From: a virus | Direction: 5' to 3' (one strand) | Length of the DNA stretch: 64,000 bases | IMG/VR virus record: IMGVR_UViG_3300049002_000006 | Location: 1 to 64,000 of that record | Made by a program: the position numbers and the translations under genes | Notes under the pieces: generated by a model | Told to the model about the DNA's origin: nothing | The model's database searches: none | What the model saw: the letters and a program-made list of their open reading frames with translations, nothing else | Shown here: in pieces, positions 36,667 to 46,711 of the stretch | How the letters are laid out: every line of letters starts with the position of its first letter | Numbering within the stretch: position 1 is the stretch's first letter

Positions 36667-39502
36667 AGGAGTTTCGGAAGCCTTAGAACGGATGAGTCAG
36701 GTCGCGGCTCGGGCCGCCGCCGTTAACACGGAACTAGGAGCCGCCGCCCAATCGGCAATGGACCGAGTCAGGTCGTCAACCGTCGGGGCAATGGCAGCAG
36801 CGTCCGCCAGTATGAGTTCGACCGCCGGCCACGCCAAGATGCTCGAGGATGCTTTACGGCAACTCGGGGCGACTGCGGACGCCACGATGGCCAAGGTTCG
36901 GGTTGCCGCTCCAGGAATCCATTATCAGTCTACGTCTACCGGAACAGGCGGTGGGGTAGTCGGTGCTCCTGGTGTTCGGTTTCCTTCGATGCCTGCGTCC
37001 GGTGGTGGGGGCGTTGCCCCTCCGGGGCTTCGATTTCCGACGGTCATGTCGGACCCTGGTCGAGGCCCGGCTATAGGGGCACCGGGCCTCAGGTGGCCGA
37101 TTCAGGAACAGCAACGGATAGTCGGGGCTCCGGGACTTCGTTGGTCTAATCAAGAACAGCCGGCCGCTTCCGAACCTTGGCGATGGAATTGGGGGGCGGC
37201 GGCCGGCGGCGGGTTCTTCGGCCGGGCGATTGGCGGAATGCCCGGCGGGATTGGCGGGGCACTAGGTGGTGGTATCTTTGGCGTCCCGGGGGCCGTCGGT
37301 GGGGCGTTGGGTGGGGCCGGACTAGATTGGCTGGTCGTCAAGCCGTTATCCATAGCAGCGGATTTGGCTTCGACGGCACTCCATAAGCTGGCCGAAGGTG
37401 TTCATTTCCTGGTCGAGAAAGTCTTCACGCTCGGTATCGAATTCGAGAAGACTAGGACTGAATTCAGCATCATGGCCGGGTCCCCTGAGAAGGGGTTGAA
37501 TCTTCTCGGCCGCATCCAAGAACTTGCCGTCAAGTCGCCATACACGACCAGAGAGTTGGCCCCGACTGGTCGGATGCTCTTGAGCATGGGCGTCGATCCG
37601 GAGGATGTTCCGTCCGTCTTGAGTCGCATCGGTGACGTGGCCGGCGGAAGTCGAGACCGGCTTAACCGGCTGACGTTGGCCTACGGCCAAGTGGTTGCGG
37701 CCGGTCGGTTTCGGGCCACCGAGCTTCGCCAGTTCACGGAAGCCGGTGTCGGTGTTTCGGATTTCGCCAGGGCGGCCGGAGTTAGTCCTCGCCGCCTGCG
37801 GGAGATGATGGAAGGCGGCGAGGCCGGGGCCGACATCGTTGGTCGGACGTTCAACCAAATCACCGGTCCGGGTGGCCGATTCTTCAACATGTCGGCCGGC
37901 GTTAACCGGACCGTCGGCGGGCAGTTGAACACTCTACAGGAGTCACTGGAGATCGCCGGGCAGAAGGCCGGGGTGAGCGCCTTCGCCAGGTATGACGTGT
38001 CCGGTCGTATTGACCGGCTGACCGCGAGCATTGAGGATATTATCAAGGCGGCCGAGAAGGGCGGACCGGCCCTGGACGAAGTAGTCAAGATGCTCGATTC
38101 TGTTTATGAGGGCGTCCAGAAATCTATCGGTAGCTCTAATTTGACCTGGGAAAGTCTGACTAGCACTTTGGCAGACTTCGGTAAGAACGATCTTCCGGGG
38201 TTGATAACCGGAATCATTGAACTGTCCGGGGCGTTCATGGAACTGACAGCCTTCTCCTTGAGGGCCGCGCGGGAGATCGCAGCCGTCGTCCTTGCCGTTC
38301 CGGATACTGTGTCCTGGGCGTATCACGGATTCAATTCCAACACGACCGGAACATATCAGAAGTCCAGGGAAGCATTTGTCAATTCGACTACTGCACTAGC
38401 GGACGCCGCAAGCCGTGGCGGTGGTTTCCTGCTGGACAGAGGACAAGGCGTTGGAGATCGGGTCGCTACGGCTTACGCCCTCGGCGGGATGCGAGGGGCC
38501 GGGCTACCGGAACCGGAACCCGGCCAGATGGTCAACGGTCGTTGGCTACCACACAGCACTGTAACGCTGGCCGGCGGTCGTACAGTATCGGCACTGTCTC
38601 CGGAAGGTAGGGCGGCGTTGCTGTCCGCCGGCATTCCTATTACCTATGGGTACTCTGCCGGCGGGCAACAGCAACTCACCAGGGCGTTACAACCTTTTGG
38701 TGTCGCGGGAGGACAAGTTCCTTTCTTGCAAAACTTCTTCGGGGCCTTCGGAGCAGTCCCTCGTCAAGGATTTGTTTCACCTAACATTCCGATAGCCCCT
38801 AACGCACCGAGATGGAGTGGAGAAGACCAGCAGCTGATTGACGCCATGAAGAAGAAGTTCCTAGAACGTGATCCGGTAACGACGCTCCTGAATCAATTCT
38901 CTCTGGCCAGCAGGTTGCAGAATCCCTTAGTTGCAAGGAACTTTAACCAACTTCTATTCGGCGAAGGATTTGTTCCGGGCATCAACCAGCAGCAAGGGAA
39001 CTTCGCCAGGGAACAGGCGATGACGGAATTCAAAAAGGATATGGGAATTCCTGTCAGTCCGTGGGAACAGTTCCAAAAATCAATGGATCAGATTAACACT
39101 GGGATAGGGGCAGATTTCACCAGTAGGTTTGCTCAAGGCTTCGGCGGCGGGATGGCCGGTACCGGCCTGACGACGGCGATGGCAGCGGCCCGCGCGGCGG
39201 CCGGGGCGCAAGGCGGGCCGCTACAGAACGCCCTCAGGATGGCTCGGGTCGGAGCCTTCGACAAGCTAACTCAGGTGCGGCCGTGGGACAGTTTACCTAC
39301 GGCCATGCAACTCGGATCGAGTCAGGCCCAGGAGACGATCAATCGGAGCATGATGATGCAGCAAGTAGGGGGCGGTGTCCAGGATCGAATAGACGAAGCC
39401 CTCCAGGAGCATAAGGAAATGCAACAGAAACAATTGAAAAAACTGGAAGACATCGAGAAAGCAATCAAGGACAGACCAGGCGTCGAAGTGGTAGGAGGGT
39501 AA
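36503..39502 (+). CDS. tape measure protein
   Basis: 999 aa A/G-rich, tape_meas motif (IGDVAGG..LAYGQV..ELRQF). Confidence 0.9.
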   Translation: MATFDKLIQELEAKTDKFEQGYAVAERSVKAFGAAVEKAMTRLAADEAKAEAATKGVSEALERMSQVAARAAAVNTELGAAAQSAMDRVRSSTVGAMAAASASMSSTAGHAKMLEDALRQLGATADATMAKVRVAAPGIHYQSTSTGTGGGVVGAPGVRFPSMPASGGGGVAPPGLRFPTVMSDPGRGPAIGAPGLRWPIQEQQRIVGAPGLRWSNQEQPAASEPWRWNWGAAAGGGFFGRAIGGMPGGIGGALGGGIFGVPGAVGGALGGAGLDWLVVKPLSIAADLASTALHKLAEGVHFLVEKVFTLGIEFEKTRTEFSIMAGSPEKGLNLLGRIQELAVKSPYTTRELAPTGRMLLSMGVDPEDVPSVLSRIGDVAGGSRDRLNRLTLAYGQVVAAGRFRATELRQFTEAGVGVSDFARAAGVSPRRLREMMEGGEAGADIVGRTFNQITGPGGRFFNMSAGVNRTVGGQLNTLQESLEIAGQKAGVSAFARYDVSGRIDRLTASIEDIIKAAEKGGPALDEVVKMLDSVYEGVQKSIGSSNLTWESLTSTLADFGKNDLPGLITGIIELSGAFMELTAFSLRAAREIAAVVLAVPDTVSWAYHGFNSNTTGTYQKSREAFVNSTTALADAASRGGGFLLDRGQGVGDRVATAYALGGMRGAGLPEPEPGQMVNGRWLPHSTVTLAGGRTVSALSPEGRAALLSAGIPITYGYSAGGQQQLTRALQPFGVAGGQVPFLQNFFGAFGAVPRQGFVSPNIPIAPNAPRWSGEDQQLIDAMKKKFLERDPVTTLLNQFSLASRLQNPLVARNFNQLLFGEGFVPGINQQQGNFAREQAMTEFKKDMGIPVSPWEQFQKSMDQINTGIGADFTSRFAQGFGGGMAGTGLTTAMAAARAAAGAQGGPLQNALRMARVGAFDKLTQVRPWDSLPTAMQLGSSQAQETINRSMMMQQVGGGVQDRIDEALQEHKEMQQKQLKKLEDIEKAIKDRPGVEVVGG

Positions 39503-39525
39503 CGTGATTTTCGACAGGAGGGAGT

Positions 39526-40551
39526 ATGCCCGCGTATCCGGATAGTCCTGTTTGGGCATTTGCCGACGAGTTGGATGTCGGCAAAAAAGGCACTCCATTC
39601 TCGGCCGGCACGGATCAAGTTCGAGAACACTTCAGGAAGTTTCGTGTCATCCTGCGAGACAAGCGAGGGGGGGACGTGGCCGCGTGTTCGGCCCCGATCA
39701 TCCCAAAACCGTATGCGTTCTATATGTCACAGGATGGGTATGAGTTTGACGAACTGGCTTTGTGCGTCAAGATCAGTGCCGAACAGGAACACCAGGACGA
39801 TTGGAAGTCGTGGATCGTTTCGTGTGACTATTCGACGGACATCCCAAAGAACGGAATTCCGAATAACTTCGGGTCTGTCGGAAACGGGCAAGGGAGGCAA
39901 CAGAATCCGGAACTAGAACCACCGACCCTCCGATGGGACTTCACAGACATCCAGAAGAACCGGCCAGGAGACTTGAATCAGGACCCGTTCCTTATGTCAA
40001 ACGGCCGTCCTATAACTGCCCCGCAGAACGTCGCCCGTGCCAGGTTGACTTATACCAGGAACGAACGGGCGTTCAGCCGGGTAGTGGCGACCAAGTATGC
40101 CAATTCGACCAACTCTCTCCCGTTCGCCGGGGTTGGGAAGTACATGGTGTCGATGCCCGGTCCGGTTGCCGAAATGCGGCAGATGGGAAAGATCAATTAC
40201 TTCCGAGTTACTTACGTTTTCATATTTCATGAAAACTGCGACGAGAAAAGACAAATCCCAATTTCTAGCGGCGGGATCAGGGCTGTTGCGGCCGTAGACA
40301 TGCGTATCGAGGACTGGCAAGGATACTATCTAGATCAGGACACGATGTTCTGGGACCCAGTCGCTTTGAAACTACGGAAAATCCTGTCTGGGATGCCAAA
40401 CAACCGGGACGGAGATCCTGTGAGTTCTCCGGTCTGCCTAGACGGGAATGGGCGTGTTCTTGATTTAGCTCTGTCCCCTCCGGTCTACCGATTTTTCTTA
40501 GAAAAGAAGAGGGTAGACTACAACCAACTCTTACTAAACGGGATCGGATAA
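39526..40551 (+). CDS. tail tip/distal tail protein
   Basis: Directly after TMP. Confidence 0.6.
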   Translation: MPAYPDSPVWAFADELDVGKKGTPFSAGTDQVREHFRKFRVILRDKRGGDVAACSAPIIPKPYAFYMSQDGYEFDELALCVKISAEQEHQDDWKSWIVSCDYSTDIPKNGIPNNFGSVGNGQGRQQNPELEPPTLRWDFTDIQKNRPGDLNQDPFLMSNGRPITAPQNVARARLTYTRNERAFSRVVATKYANSTNSLPFAGVGKYMVSMPGPVAEMRQMGKINYFRVTYVFIFHENCDEKRQIPISSGGIRAVAAVDMRIEDWQGYYLDQDTMFWDPVALKLRKILSGMPNNRDGDPVSSPVCLDGNGRVLDLALSPPVYRFFLEKKRVDYNQLLLNGIG

Positions 40552-40554
40552 CTC

Positions 40555-41055
40555 ATGGCTTCCGTTATCGAAGGGGATCTGATCGTAACTGGGAGTATCG
40601 TCCCTGCGGGTATGAACATCCCGGTAGATAGCGTCGGGGCGGCGCAAATGAACCCGGCCGACCTGCCTACTGTGGATCAGATTCACCATCTGCTGCCCGG
40701 CGTGTTTGCCGACACCTTTGCGACCACAACGGCCGCCGTCCGAAAGCTGATCTATTGTGCGAAGAACGCTGGGGTGGTTAAGGGATTCAAGGTCGGCGTT
40801 ACGGTGGCGGCTGTTGGGGATTCGACTATTACTCTCGATCTATTCAAGAACGGCACGACTGTCCTGAGCGCGGCAAAGACGGTCAATGCCGGGCACGGCA
40901 CGACGGCCCAGGACGCCTCACTGTCAGGAACGCCGGCCACGCTGATCTATGCGGCCGGCGACAGGTTCGAGGCGAGCGTGACGATCAGCGCCGGGACAGG
41001 GACGCTGCCGAAGGGGGCTTACGGGGTCGCTTTCTTCGATGAGGTGTTCATCTAA
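40555..41055 (+). CDS. tail structural protein
   Basis: DLFKNGTTVLS..AGD motif; position. Confidence 0.6.
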   Translation: MASVIEGDLIVTGSIVPAGMNIPVDSVGAAQMNPADLPTVDQIHHLLPGVFADTFATTTAAVRKLIYCAKNAGVVKGFKVGVTVAAVGDSTITLDLFKNGTTVLSAAKTVNAGHGTTAQDASLSGTPATLIYAAGDRFEASVTISAGTGTLPKGAYGVAFFDEVFI

Positions 41056-41852
41056 TGTTCGGCGACCCGGTGATGTTTAGTCCGACTATCGCCGCCCGCA
41101 TTATGCGGATGCTCGCGTGGGCGGAGCGGCAAGCGGCCAAGCCGGACTTACCTGAGTTAGAGAACCCGCCGTTCGAGGTAATGGTCAAGGTTACGAACGG
41201 GACGCCGGACGACGACGGGTTGTACGAGGCGACCTACGTCCTTCTAAATCCGATCACGATGGTCCTGGAAGAACTGGACGAATGCCTAGCTTATGGAATA
41301 AATGCCGAAACACTGACCGTAGATACGGTGTACAAAGGGTACACCGTTAGGTACATGGAAGAGGACGATCTAGACTTCCCGAGTTGGGCTGTGGTTGAAC
41401 TTATCGTGCCTGGTGGCGACAGCGGTGGGTCGGTCACGATCACCCAAGTCTCAGACTTGTTGTCGGGCAACGTCCGGGGCACGTCGGTAAACCTCACTGC
41501 GTTGTCTATCGGGCCACCCGGGATGTACCTCGTCACGGCCCACGTCGTATCGCAACTATTTGACCTGACGGCGGAAACTTACTCGTCTAACATGACCGGC
41601 ACGTTTTCTGTGACCGGTGGGACCGGGACGATTGTAAACCAAGCGACTAGTGGCCTACTCATCGCCGCGAGCGGATTCGGCGGCTCGGGCGGGGCTGCAT
41701 TCACGTTCTGGGAAATGGCTTCTCTGTCGGCCCAGGTAGAGATCACGGCCGGGACTGGCCAGGTCACGCTCCAGGTCACCGAAGCCGGAACCGGGGCCGC
41801 CAGAGTAGTGTCTTGCACGGCAACGATCAACGCTATTGGCACTTTGTATTAG
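41055..41852 (+). CDS. tail tip/fibre protein with C-terminal beta-sandwich
   Basis: PGMYLVTAHV C1q/BclA-like end. Confidence 0.55.
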   Translation: MFGDPVMFSPTIAARIMRMLAWAERQAAKPDLPELENPPFEVMVKVTNGTPDDDGLYEATYVLLNPITMVLEELDECLAYGINAETLTVDTVYKGYTVRYMEEDDLDFPSWAVVELIVPGGDSGGSVTITQVSDLLSGNVRGTSVNLTALSIGPPGMYLVTAHVVSQLFDLTAETYSSNMTGTFSVTGGTGTIVNQATSGLLIAASGFGGSGGAAFTFWEMASLSAQVEITAGTGQVTLQVTEAGTGAARVVSCTATINAIGTLY

Positions 41853-42193
41853 CGGACCGTGAAGTCGTACCAGTGAGAGGATTTTGCCCCCACCGTTCCA
41901 TACCACCCCTGTCCCTTAACGAAGAGTCCGGTGGGGGAGGTACTCCCCCACCCGGCCCCGATCCCTTCCTCGGCTCCGGACGTAGAGACCCGGACCTCGA
42001 CTACGCCGGGCTTCAGGAATGTCATCACCACGGTGTAGGTGCCCCCGAACTGCATCACGCCTACGAAGCCGAGTGGTGTCGGGGCGAGCGGAGTTGATCC
42101 GCCTCGGGCATAGAACGTGGGTACTCCTTGGGCCGAAGCGAGAGTGGGCAGGAGTAAAGCGACGGCAAGTGTAAGGAGTTTAATCGCGTGCAT
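41849..42193 (-). CDS. antisense secreted small beta protein
   Basis: Signal peptide MHAIKLLTLAVALLLPTLASA; SD AAAGG; possible promoter about 42230-42259. Confidence 0.7.
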   Translation of the reverse strand: MHAIKLLTLAVALLLPTLASAQGVPTFYARGGSTPLAPTPLGFVGVMQFGGTYTVVMTFLKPGVVEVRVSTSGAEEGIGAGWGSTSPTGLFVKGQGWYGTVGAKSSHWYDFTVR

Positions 42194-42297
42194 GGCTCGA
42201 CCTTTCATGAAGTCTCGGGCGATGAATTCAGCTTACGCCCCCGGGCCGCCAGGAGACAAGAGGGAATTTTTTCGCCCGCTTTTAAGAGGAATTCGCA

Positions 42298-42600
42298 ATG
42301 GCCGACGACAACGAAACCCCAAAGTGGGGTGTGAATTGGTTGCTAAGCCCGACCGGCATGTCTCAGGTCGGGCAACTCATCATCTTGTTGATCGCGCTGG
42401 TGAAGGCTTTCCAGAACGGCGAGAAGGCCGACAAGGCGAAGGACGCGGCTGACGACGCCCGGGGCCACGCCGCCGTAACCGCAACCAGGATCGAAGACGT
42501 GAAGAAAGACGTGCAAGAAGTTCGTGTGGACGTGGAGCAGGTGAATAAGAACCAGCAGAAAGTTCTTATGAACCAGTTGAAGCCGAAGAAGGGCGATTAA
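42298..42600 (+). CDS. TM + coiled-coil protein (holin-like)
   Basis: One TM, SD GAGGA. Confidence 0.55.
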   Translation: MADDNETPKWGVNWLLSPTGMSQVGQLIILLIALVKAFQNGEKADKAKDAADDARGHAAVTATRIEDVKKDVQEVRVDVEQVNKNQQKVLMNQLKPKKGD

Positions 42601-43157
42601 ACCTTAATCACGTTTCCGACGTGCAGCCAATCGTCATCAGAGACCACGATCAACTGCACGTCCATTTCTTCTGCTAGTTGTACCAGGAGCCCGGCAACTC
42701 TTTCCTGGTATTCGGACCCATTTACGTTCTTGAACGGTTCGTCCAAAATTAGCAGTCTCCTCTTCTTCGGACGGAGCATCATCAGGCAGGCGAGCCGCAA
42801 CCCGAAAGCGGCGACCTCGATCTGCCCGCCGGCTTTCTCCTCCGTCAAATCCGTGTACTCCTCCCCGTCCGCCGTGAACACGAATACGGCTTCCGTCTTC
42901 CCTCGCTTCTGTTCGAACCGAATCTTAAAGCCGTAGGCGTCTTCCCCGAAGACCGCTTTCAGGCATTTCGTCACGACGGCGACCAGTTGCTTGTGGACTA
43001 CTTCTTGTGTCGCCACGGCAATTGACTGGAGGAGCTTCTGCGCCGAGATGCTGTTCCTGTGTTTGGCCGTCGCCACCTTGACGGCGATATTCTCCTTCGA
43101 CCTTTCGTGTGCGGCCAGCAGGTAATCATGCTTGACACTAGTCGCGTACCGGATCAG
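42597..43157 (-). CDS. SbcC/Rad50 C-terminal half, probable CTG start
   Basis: Signature-like AGGQ, Walker B LLILDEPF, QLIVVS. Confidence 0.8.
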   Translation of the reverse strand: MIRYATSVKHDYLLAAHERSKENIAVKVATAKHRNSISAQKLLQSIAVATQEVVHKQLVAVVTKCLKAVFGEDAYGFKIRFEQKRGKTEAVFVFTADGEEYTDLTEEKAGGQIEVAAFGLRLACLMMLRPKKRRLLILDEPFKNVNGSEYQERVAGLLVQLAEEMDVQLIVVSDDDWLHVGNVIKV

Positions 43158-43441
43158 CTGGCGTAGCTCTCCAGTATCTTTAACAACTCCTGATCGGGCT
43201 CCTCTTTGGCCTTTTCCTTTTCTAGTAGTTCCTGCCACATTTGGTTGTACTTTCGGAGCCATGCTATCTCCTCGTCTTGCTGCTTCCGGAGCAGGCTTTC
43301 GGCCTCCCGGAGTTCTTTGCACCCGAAGCTTGTCCGGATGCGATTCATTCGTTCCTTGTAAACCCCGTCGGCTTCCGCCTTTTCTCTTTTCCTCTTTTCG
43401 ACGTGTCGTTCGAGTTCAGGTAGCCGGTCGAGCATAATCAT
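43154..43441 (-). CDS. coiled-coil protein of SbcCD cluster
   Basis: ATGA coupled. Confidence 0.6.
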   Translation of the reverse strand: MIMLDRLPELERHVEKRKREKAEADGVYKERMNRIRTSFGCKELREAESLLRKQQDEEIAWLRKYNQMWQELLEKEKAKEEPDQELLKILESYAS

Positions 43442-43650
43442 TCCAACCCTTCCTGAATTCCTTGGAAGTGGAAGATGTGTTCTTTTCCTACTTCTCGGCT
43501 CGCCGAGTATTTCCAGTATTGAATTGGTTTTCCTGTTGGCTGGTCGTCGCACGGCCGCATGAAGTCGTAAGTCCTTTTCGGAAAATGGAATTGTTGGCCG
43601 TCGAACGGGCCACCGACTATGTCAGTCAGCATGTCTTCCGGTTCGGTCAT
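43438..43650 (-). CDS. small protein (GGPFDG motif)
   Basis: Coupled ORF. Confidence 0.6.
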   Translation of the reverse strand: MTEPEDMLTDIVGGPFDGQQFHFPKRTYDFMRPCDDQPTGKPIQYWKYSASREVGKEHIFHFQGIQEGLE

Positions 43651-44648
43651 TTCTTTCCCTCCACGGTCGATAGAAGCTCTAAAATAAGTTTCCTGAGTGT
43701 CTTACTTTCCAGTCCTTCTACCTTTCTTTTTACCGCGTCGAAGAAGTTGGCAGTTTCGTCCTGAAGACCTGATAAGGCTTGGATGAATTCGATGGAGTCT
43801 TCTGACTCTTCCACTTCTTTCGATACCGTCTCGCTGAACACGTCTCTTGATATGTCCAGATAATGCCGCTCGACGGAGCCGTCTGACATGACCAGTCCTA
43901 CACTTGGCCGCAAGTCCTTCTCGTCCGATCGCCGCCGCATGAACCCGCCGCCGTTGAAGGCGTATTGGTATTTATCGTCTCTCAGGTGCTTGACCGTCTC
44001 GAATGGCTTGTGGTTATCTCCGATCAGGATAGTGTCATAGCCGGTCAGCTTGTCCATCAGAACCGTGACATGATCTTCTTCCTTAGCCCCCGGGTGTTTG
44101 TGACCGCCCATCCATGTGTATTTATGGACGACAGCAACGTCCAATGCTCCTTGTGATTTGTCACTCGATTTTGACCAGACAGTGCCTCCTTCGTCTAGTC
44201 CGTGTAATTCTGCTCCATATGGAAAAGCGTGCAATCGAACATGACGTCCATCTGATAGGAATACCCATCCTGGCGGTCCGTCCTCTTGCAAATGTTCAAT
44301 CGCGTCAGAGTTGCGAAGCGTCCAGTAAGCCGTTTGGTTAATATTCGCCAGGTTATGATAAGCCAGGTCGTGGTTACCTGGGATGGTCCGCATGGACCGC
44401 GGAATGGTTTCTAAGACCAGGTTGATTAGTCGGGCAGTGCTGTTCCACTTGTCGAAGATGTCACCCGTGCAGACGATGTCTGCTTTGTGTTTGTGCCGGA
44501 GGGCTGCTAGTTGTCCTAGGTAGCCGACCTGAGTGGCGAGCCAGTCCTTCTCCTCCGCCCGACACGCCGGGGCCTTCTCACTCAGGTGAAGGTCGCCGCA
44601 GGAAATGAGGACGACCTTCTTTTCATTGGCTGACCACACTTTGGACAT
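43647..44648 (-). CDS. SbcD/Mre11 metallophosphoesterase nuclease
   Basis: GDLH, GDIFD, PGNHD, GDNH. Confidence 0.9.
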   Translation of the reverse strand: MSKVWSANEKKVVLISCGDLHLSEKAPACRAEEKDWLATQVGYLGQLAALRHKHKADIVCTGDIFDKWNSTARLINLVLETIPRSMRTIPGNHDLAYHNLANINQTAYWTLRNSDAIEHLQEDGPPGWVFLSDGRHVRLHAFPYGAELHGLDEGGTVWSKSSDKSQGALDVAVVHKYTWMGGHKHPGAKEEDHVTVLMDKLTGYDTILIGDNHKPFETVKHLRDDKYQYAFNGGGFMRRRSDEKDLRPSVGLVMSDGSVERHYLDISRDVFSETVSKEVEESEDSIEFIQALSGLQDETANFFDAVKRKVEGLESKTLRKLILELLSTVEGKK

Positions 44649-45637
44649 GTCTTTATCTTCCTTTTTTCCTTACTGAGTTTCTCTTCCGCCCCTTGCACTT
44701 CTTTACCTAGCCTATTTGACCTGTTCAAGGCTTCCTTAGCTTCTTCGACCAACGATTCTAGCTCCCGTCGGTGCTCCGCTATTCTGTCTGCCTCGGCCCG
44801 GCACAACAACAGTTCGGACAGGTTAGGGACTTCCTGCTTCGCCAGCTTCTTGGCGGTCTTTGCTTCCTGGATGAGTTTTTTGAGCGCTCGGGCTGTCGTT
44901 CGGGCCGCAAACGCCCCTCGCCCTGCCACGACGACGCCAGAAGCGTCTACAATTGCTTTTCCTGCACGTTCTATCGCCCGGCGTGCCGATTTGCAGTCTG
45001 AGATTAAAGAGGCCAAGGAAACGATTTTATGCGATTTGCGGGCAAGGGCTTCGCCGGCCTTTTCGAGCCGGGCAACGTCCTTCAAGAATTCGGGCACCCA
45101 CGCTAGTGTTTCCAGCTGTTTCTCGGCGGCTTTCAACCGGGCCCGACTTACTTCTTTCTCCGTTCCGGACTTACGGACTAGCTTACCAGCTTCTTTCAGC
45201 ACCTGGTCGATAGCGTCGAGGTTAACTACCTGGTTGAGTTCTTTGCTGACTTGACCTGGAGTTTTTGTGAAGAGATAAGGTGGGTCGAGTTGGCCCTGAA
45301 AATTGGGGTCACAGGTGTTCAGAAGTTCTTGAACCTCGGCGGGAATTCCGCCTTTGCCGAGAGCGTTGAGAGACTTACCGTCGAGGATGTAAGCATTCTT
45401 TCTTTTGCCACGAACACGTCGTAAGGTACGCCCATCGACTCTTGCAGATATTCGGTAAGACTTTGCCCCTCTTTTAATAACAGAAGCTGTGGCCCGGTTG
45501 AGACAGAGGGTTTTGATAGCCCGGAGAACGGAAGACTTTCCACGACCAGTACTCCCGATGAAGACGGTGATCTTACCTAATTTGAAAGACTTGTATTTGT
45601 GTTTTTGGAAGTTCTCAATGATAAGACGGTCGATCAT
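44582..45637 (-). CDS. SbcC/Rad50 N-terminal half
   Basis: IENFQKH, Walker A GSTGRGKSS, Q-loop, coiled coil, CPKC hook. Confidence 0.85.
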   Translation of the reverse strand: MIDRLIIENFQKHKYKSFKLGKITVFIGSTGRGKSSVLRAIKTLCLNRATASVIKRGAKSYRISARVDGRTLRRVRGKRKNAYILDGKSLNALGKGGIPAEVQELLNTCDPNFQGQLDPPYLFTKTPGQVSKELNQVVNLDAIDQVLKEAGKLVRKSGTEKEVSRARLKAAEKQLETLAWVPEFLKDVARLEKAGEALARKSHKIVSLASLISDCKSARRAIERAGKAIVDASGVVVAGRGAFAARTTARALKKLIQEAKTAKKLAKQEVPNLSELLLCRAEADRIAEHRRELESLVEEAKEALNRSNRLGKEVQGAEEKLSKEKRKIKTCPKCGQPMKRRSSSFPAATFT

Positions 45638-45819
45638 TTGACTTTTTGGTAAGGACAATCGTGAGTCTCGATTTCGATCCACTTCAAAAGACCTTGTGAG
45701 CATTCGTACATCGGGGCCTTGCCGCAGTCAGGACATCTTCCAATGAATTGTTTCTTCTTCGCCTTGTCCGGACGTATCACTTCTCCGGTCGTTGATTTCG
45801 GCGGTTCCGGATGTGTCAT
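45634..45819 (-). CDS. small zinc-ribbon protein
   Basis: CPDCG; coupled. Confidence 0.5.
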   Translation of the reverse strand: MTHPEPPKSTTGEVIRPDKAKKKQFIGRCPDCGKAPMYECSQGLLKWIEIETHDCPYQKVK

Positions 45820-46091
45820 TTCGTCTCCGGTTGCGGTGTTCCTTCTTGAGATTTTCCGAGTAGTCGCAGGATGGCATTTCCGCAAGCGATCATATCCTCA
45901 GCATGGTGCTTGAGCGTTTGTCGGTTCGGTTCGTCCATTACGGTTTGGGCAGACGTGGTACAGGCTGCGGCCGATTCCCCGATTCTGATTCGGTCTTTGG
46001 CGGCTCGGCCCAACGACATCATTTCTGACAGGATGCGATCCGTCCGTCCAATCGTCAGATCGAAATTTCGTTGAAGTTCATCCATCATCAT
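45816..46091 (-). CDS. hypothetical protein
   Basis: Coupled ORF. Confidence 0.55.
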   Translation of the reverse strand: MMMDELQRNFDLTIGRTDRILSEMMSLGRAAKDRIRIGESAAACTTSAQTVMDEPNRQTLKHHAEDMIACGNAILRLLGKSQEGTPQPETK

Positions 46092-46702
46092 AGTCCGTGT
46101 TGGGCGAGCGTGCGAATGTGGTCCGGCGTGACGTTGGCCAAAAACTTCCTGAGAGTCGTTCCGACAATTAACTCCCGAACCTTCACCGTCTTGTTGTTTT
46201 GCTTCTCCCGGAAGATCGTATCAACGGTGAAGAACGGGGCCGGCGGGTGCTGAAACGCCCCGACGTTGACGAGCCCGAGCATGAGCAGGTGCGGGTAGAA
46301 CACGATAGGAACTCGTCCGTTGGCCTGGTAGATCAGCATCCAGGAATGTGATCCGGAGTTCTTGTGGCCTTCCCGGGCTTGTTGCAGGAACGCCTCGACC
46401 ACGGTCTGTCCTTGCCGCTTCGTCTTGTTGACCAAATCGTTCAACTTGAAGTTCGGGTAGCCCCGCTTGGCTTCGATGGACAGCAAGTCGATTAGAGGTT
46501 GGGCGTCCGGCCGAATGGCACAAATGTCGCCGCAGTGGAGGTTGGCCTTCTGCATCCTCTTTCGCCGCATTGTGGACCTGGCTCCGCTCGCCGACGTCCT
46601 CCAGAAGATTGGTTCCTCGTGTCGATCTCCTGTCCACCAGAATGTGAAAACTCGACAGAGCGATCTCTCGAAGGTACTCCCTTTTGCGTGACCTCGCGGC
46701 AT
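46088..46702 (-). CDS. Holliday junction resolvase (PD-(D/E)xK)
   Basis: KGSTFER..FWRT.ASGA..GDI..SIEAK. Confidence 0.8.
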   Translation of the reverse strand: MPRGHAKGSTFERSLCRVFTFWWTGDRHEEPIFWRTSASGARSTMRRKRMQKANLHCGDICAIRPDAQPLIDLLSIEAKRGYPNFKLNDLVNKTKRQGQTVVEAFLQQAREGHKNSGSHSWMLIYQANGRVPIVFYPHLLMLGLVNVGAFQHPPAPFFTVDTIFREKQNNKTVKVRELIVGTTLRKFLANVTPDHIRTLAQHGL

Positions 46703-46711
46703 TTTATTCTT

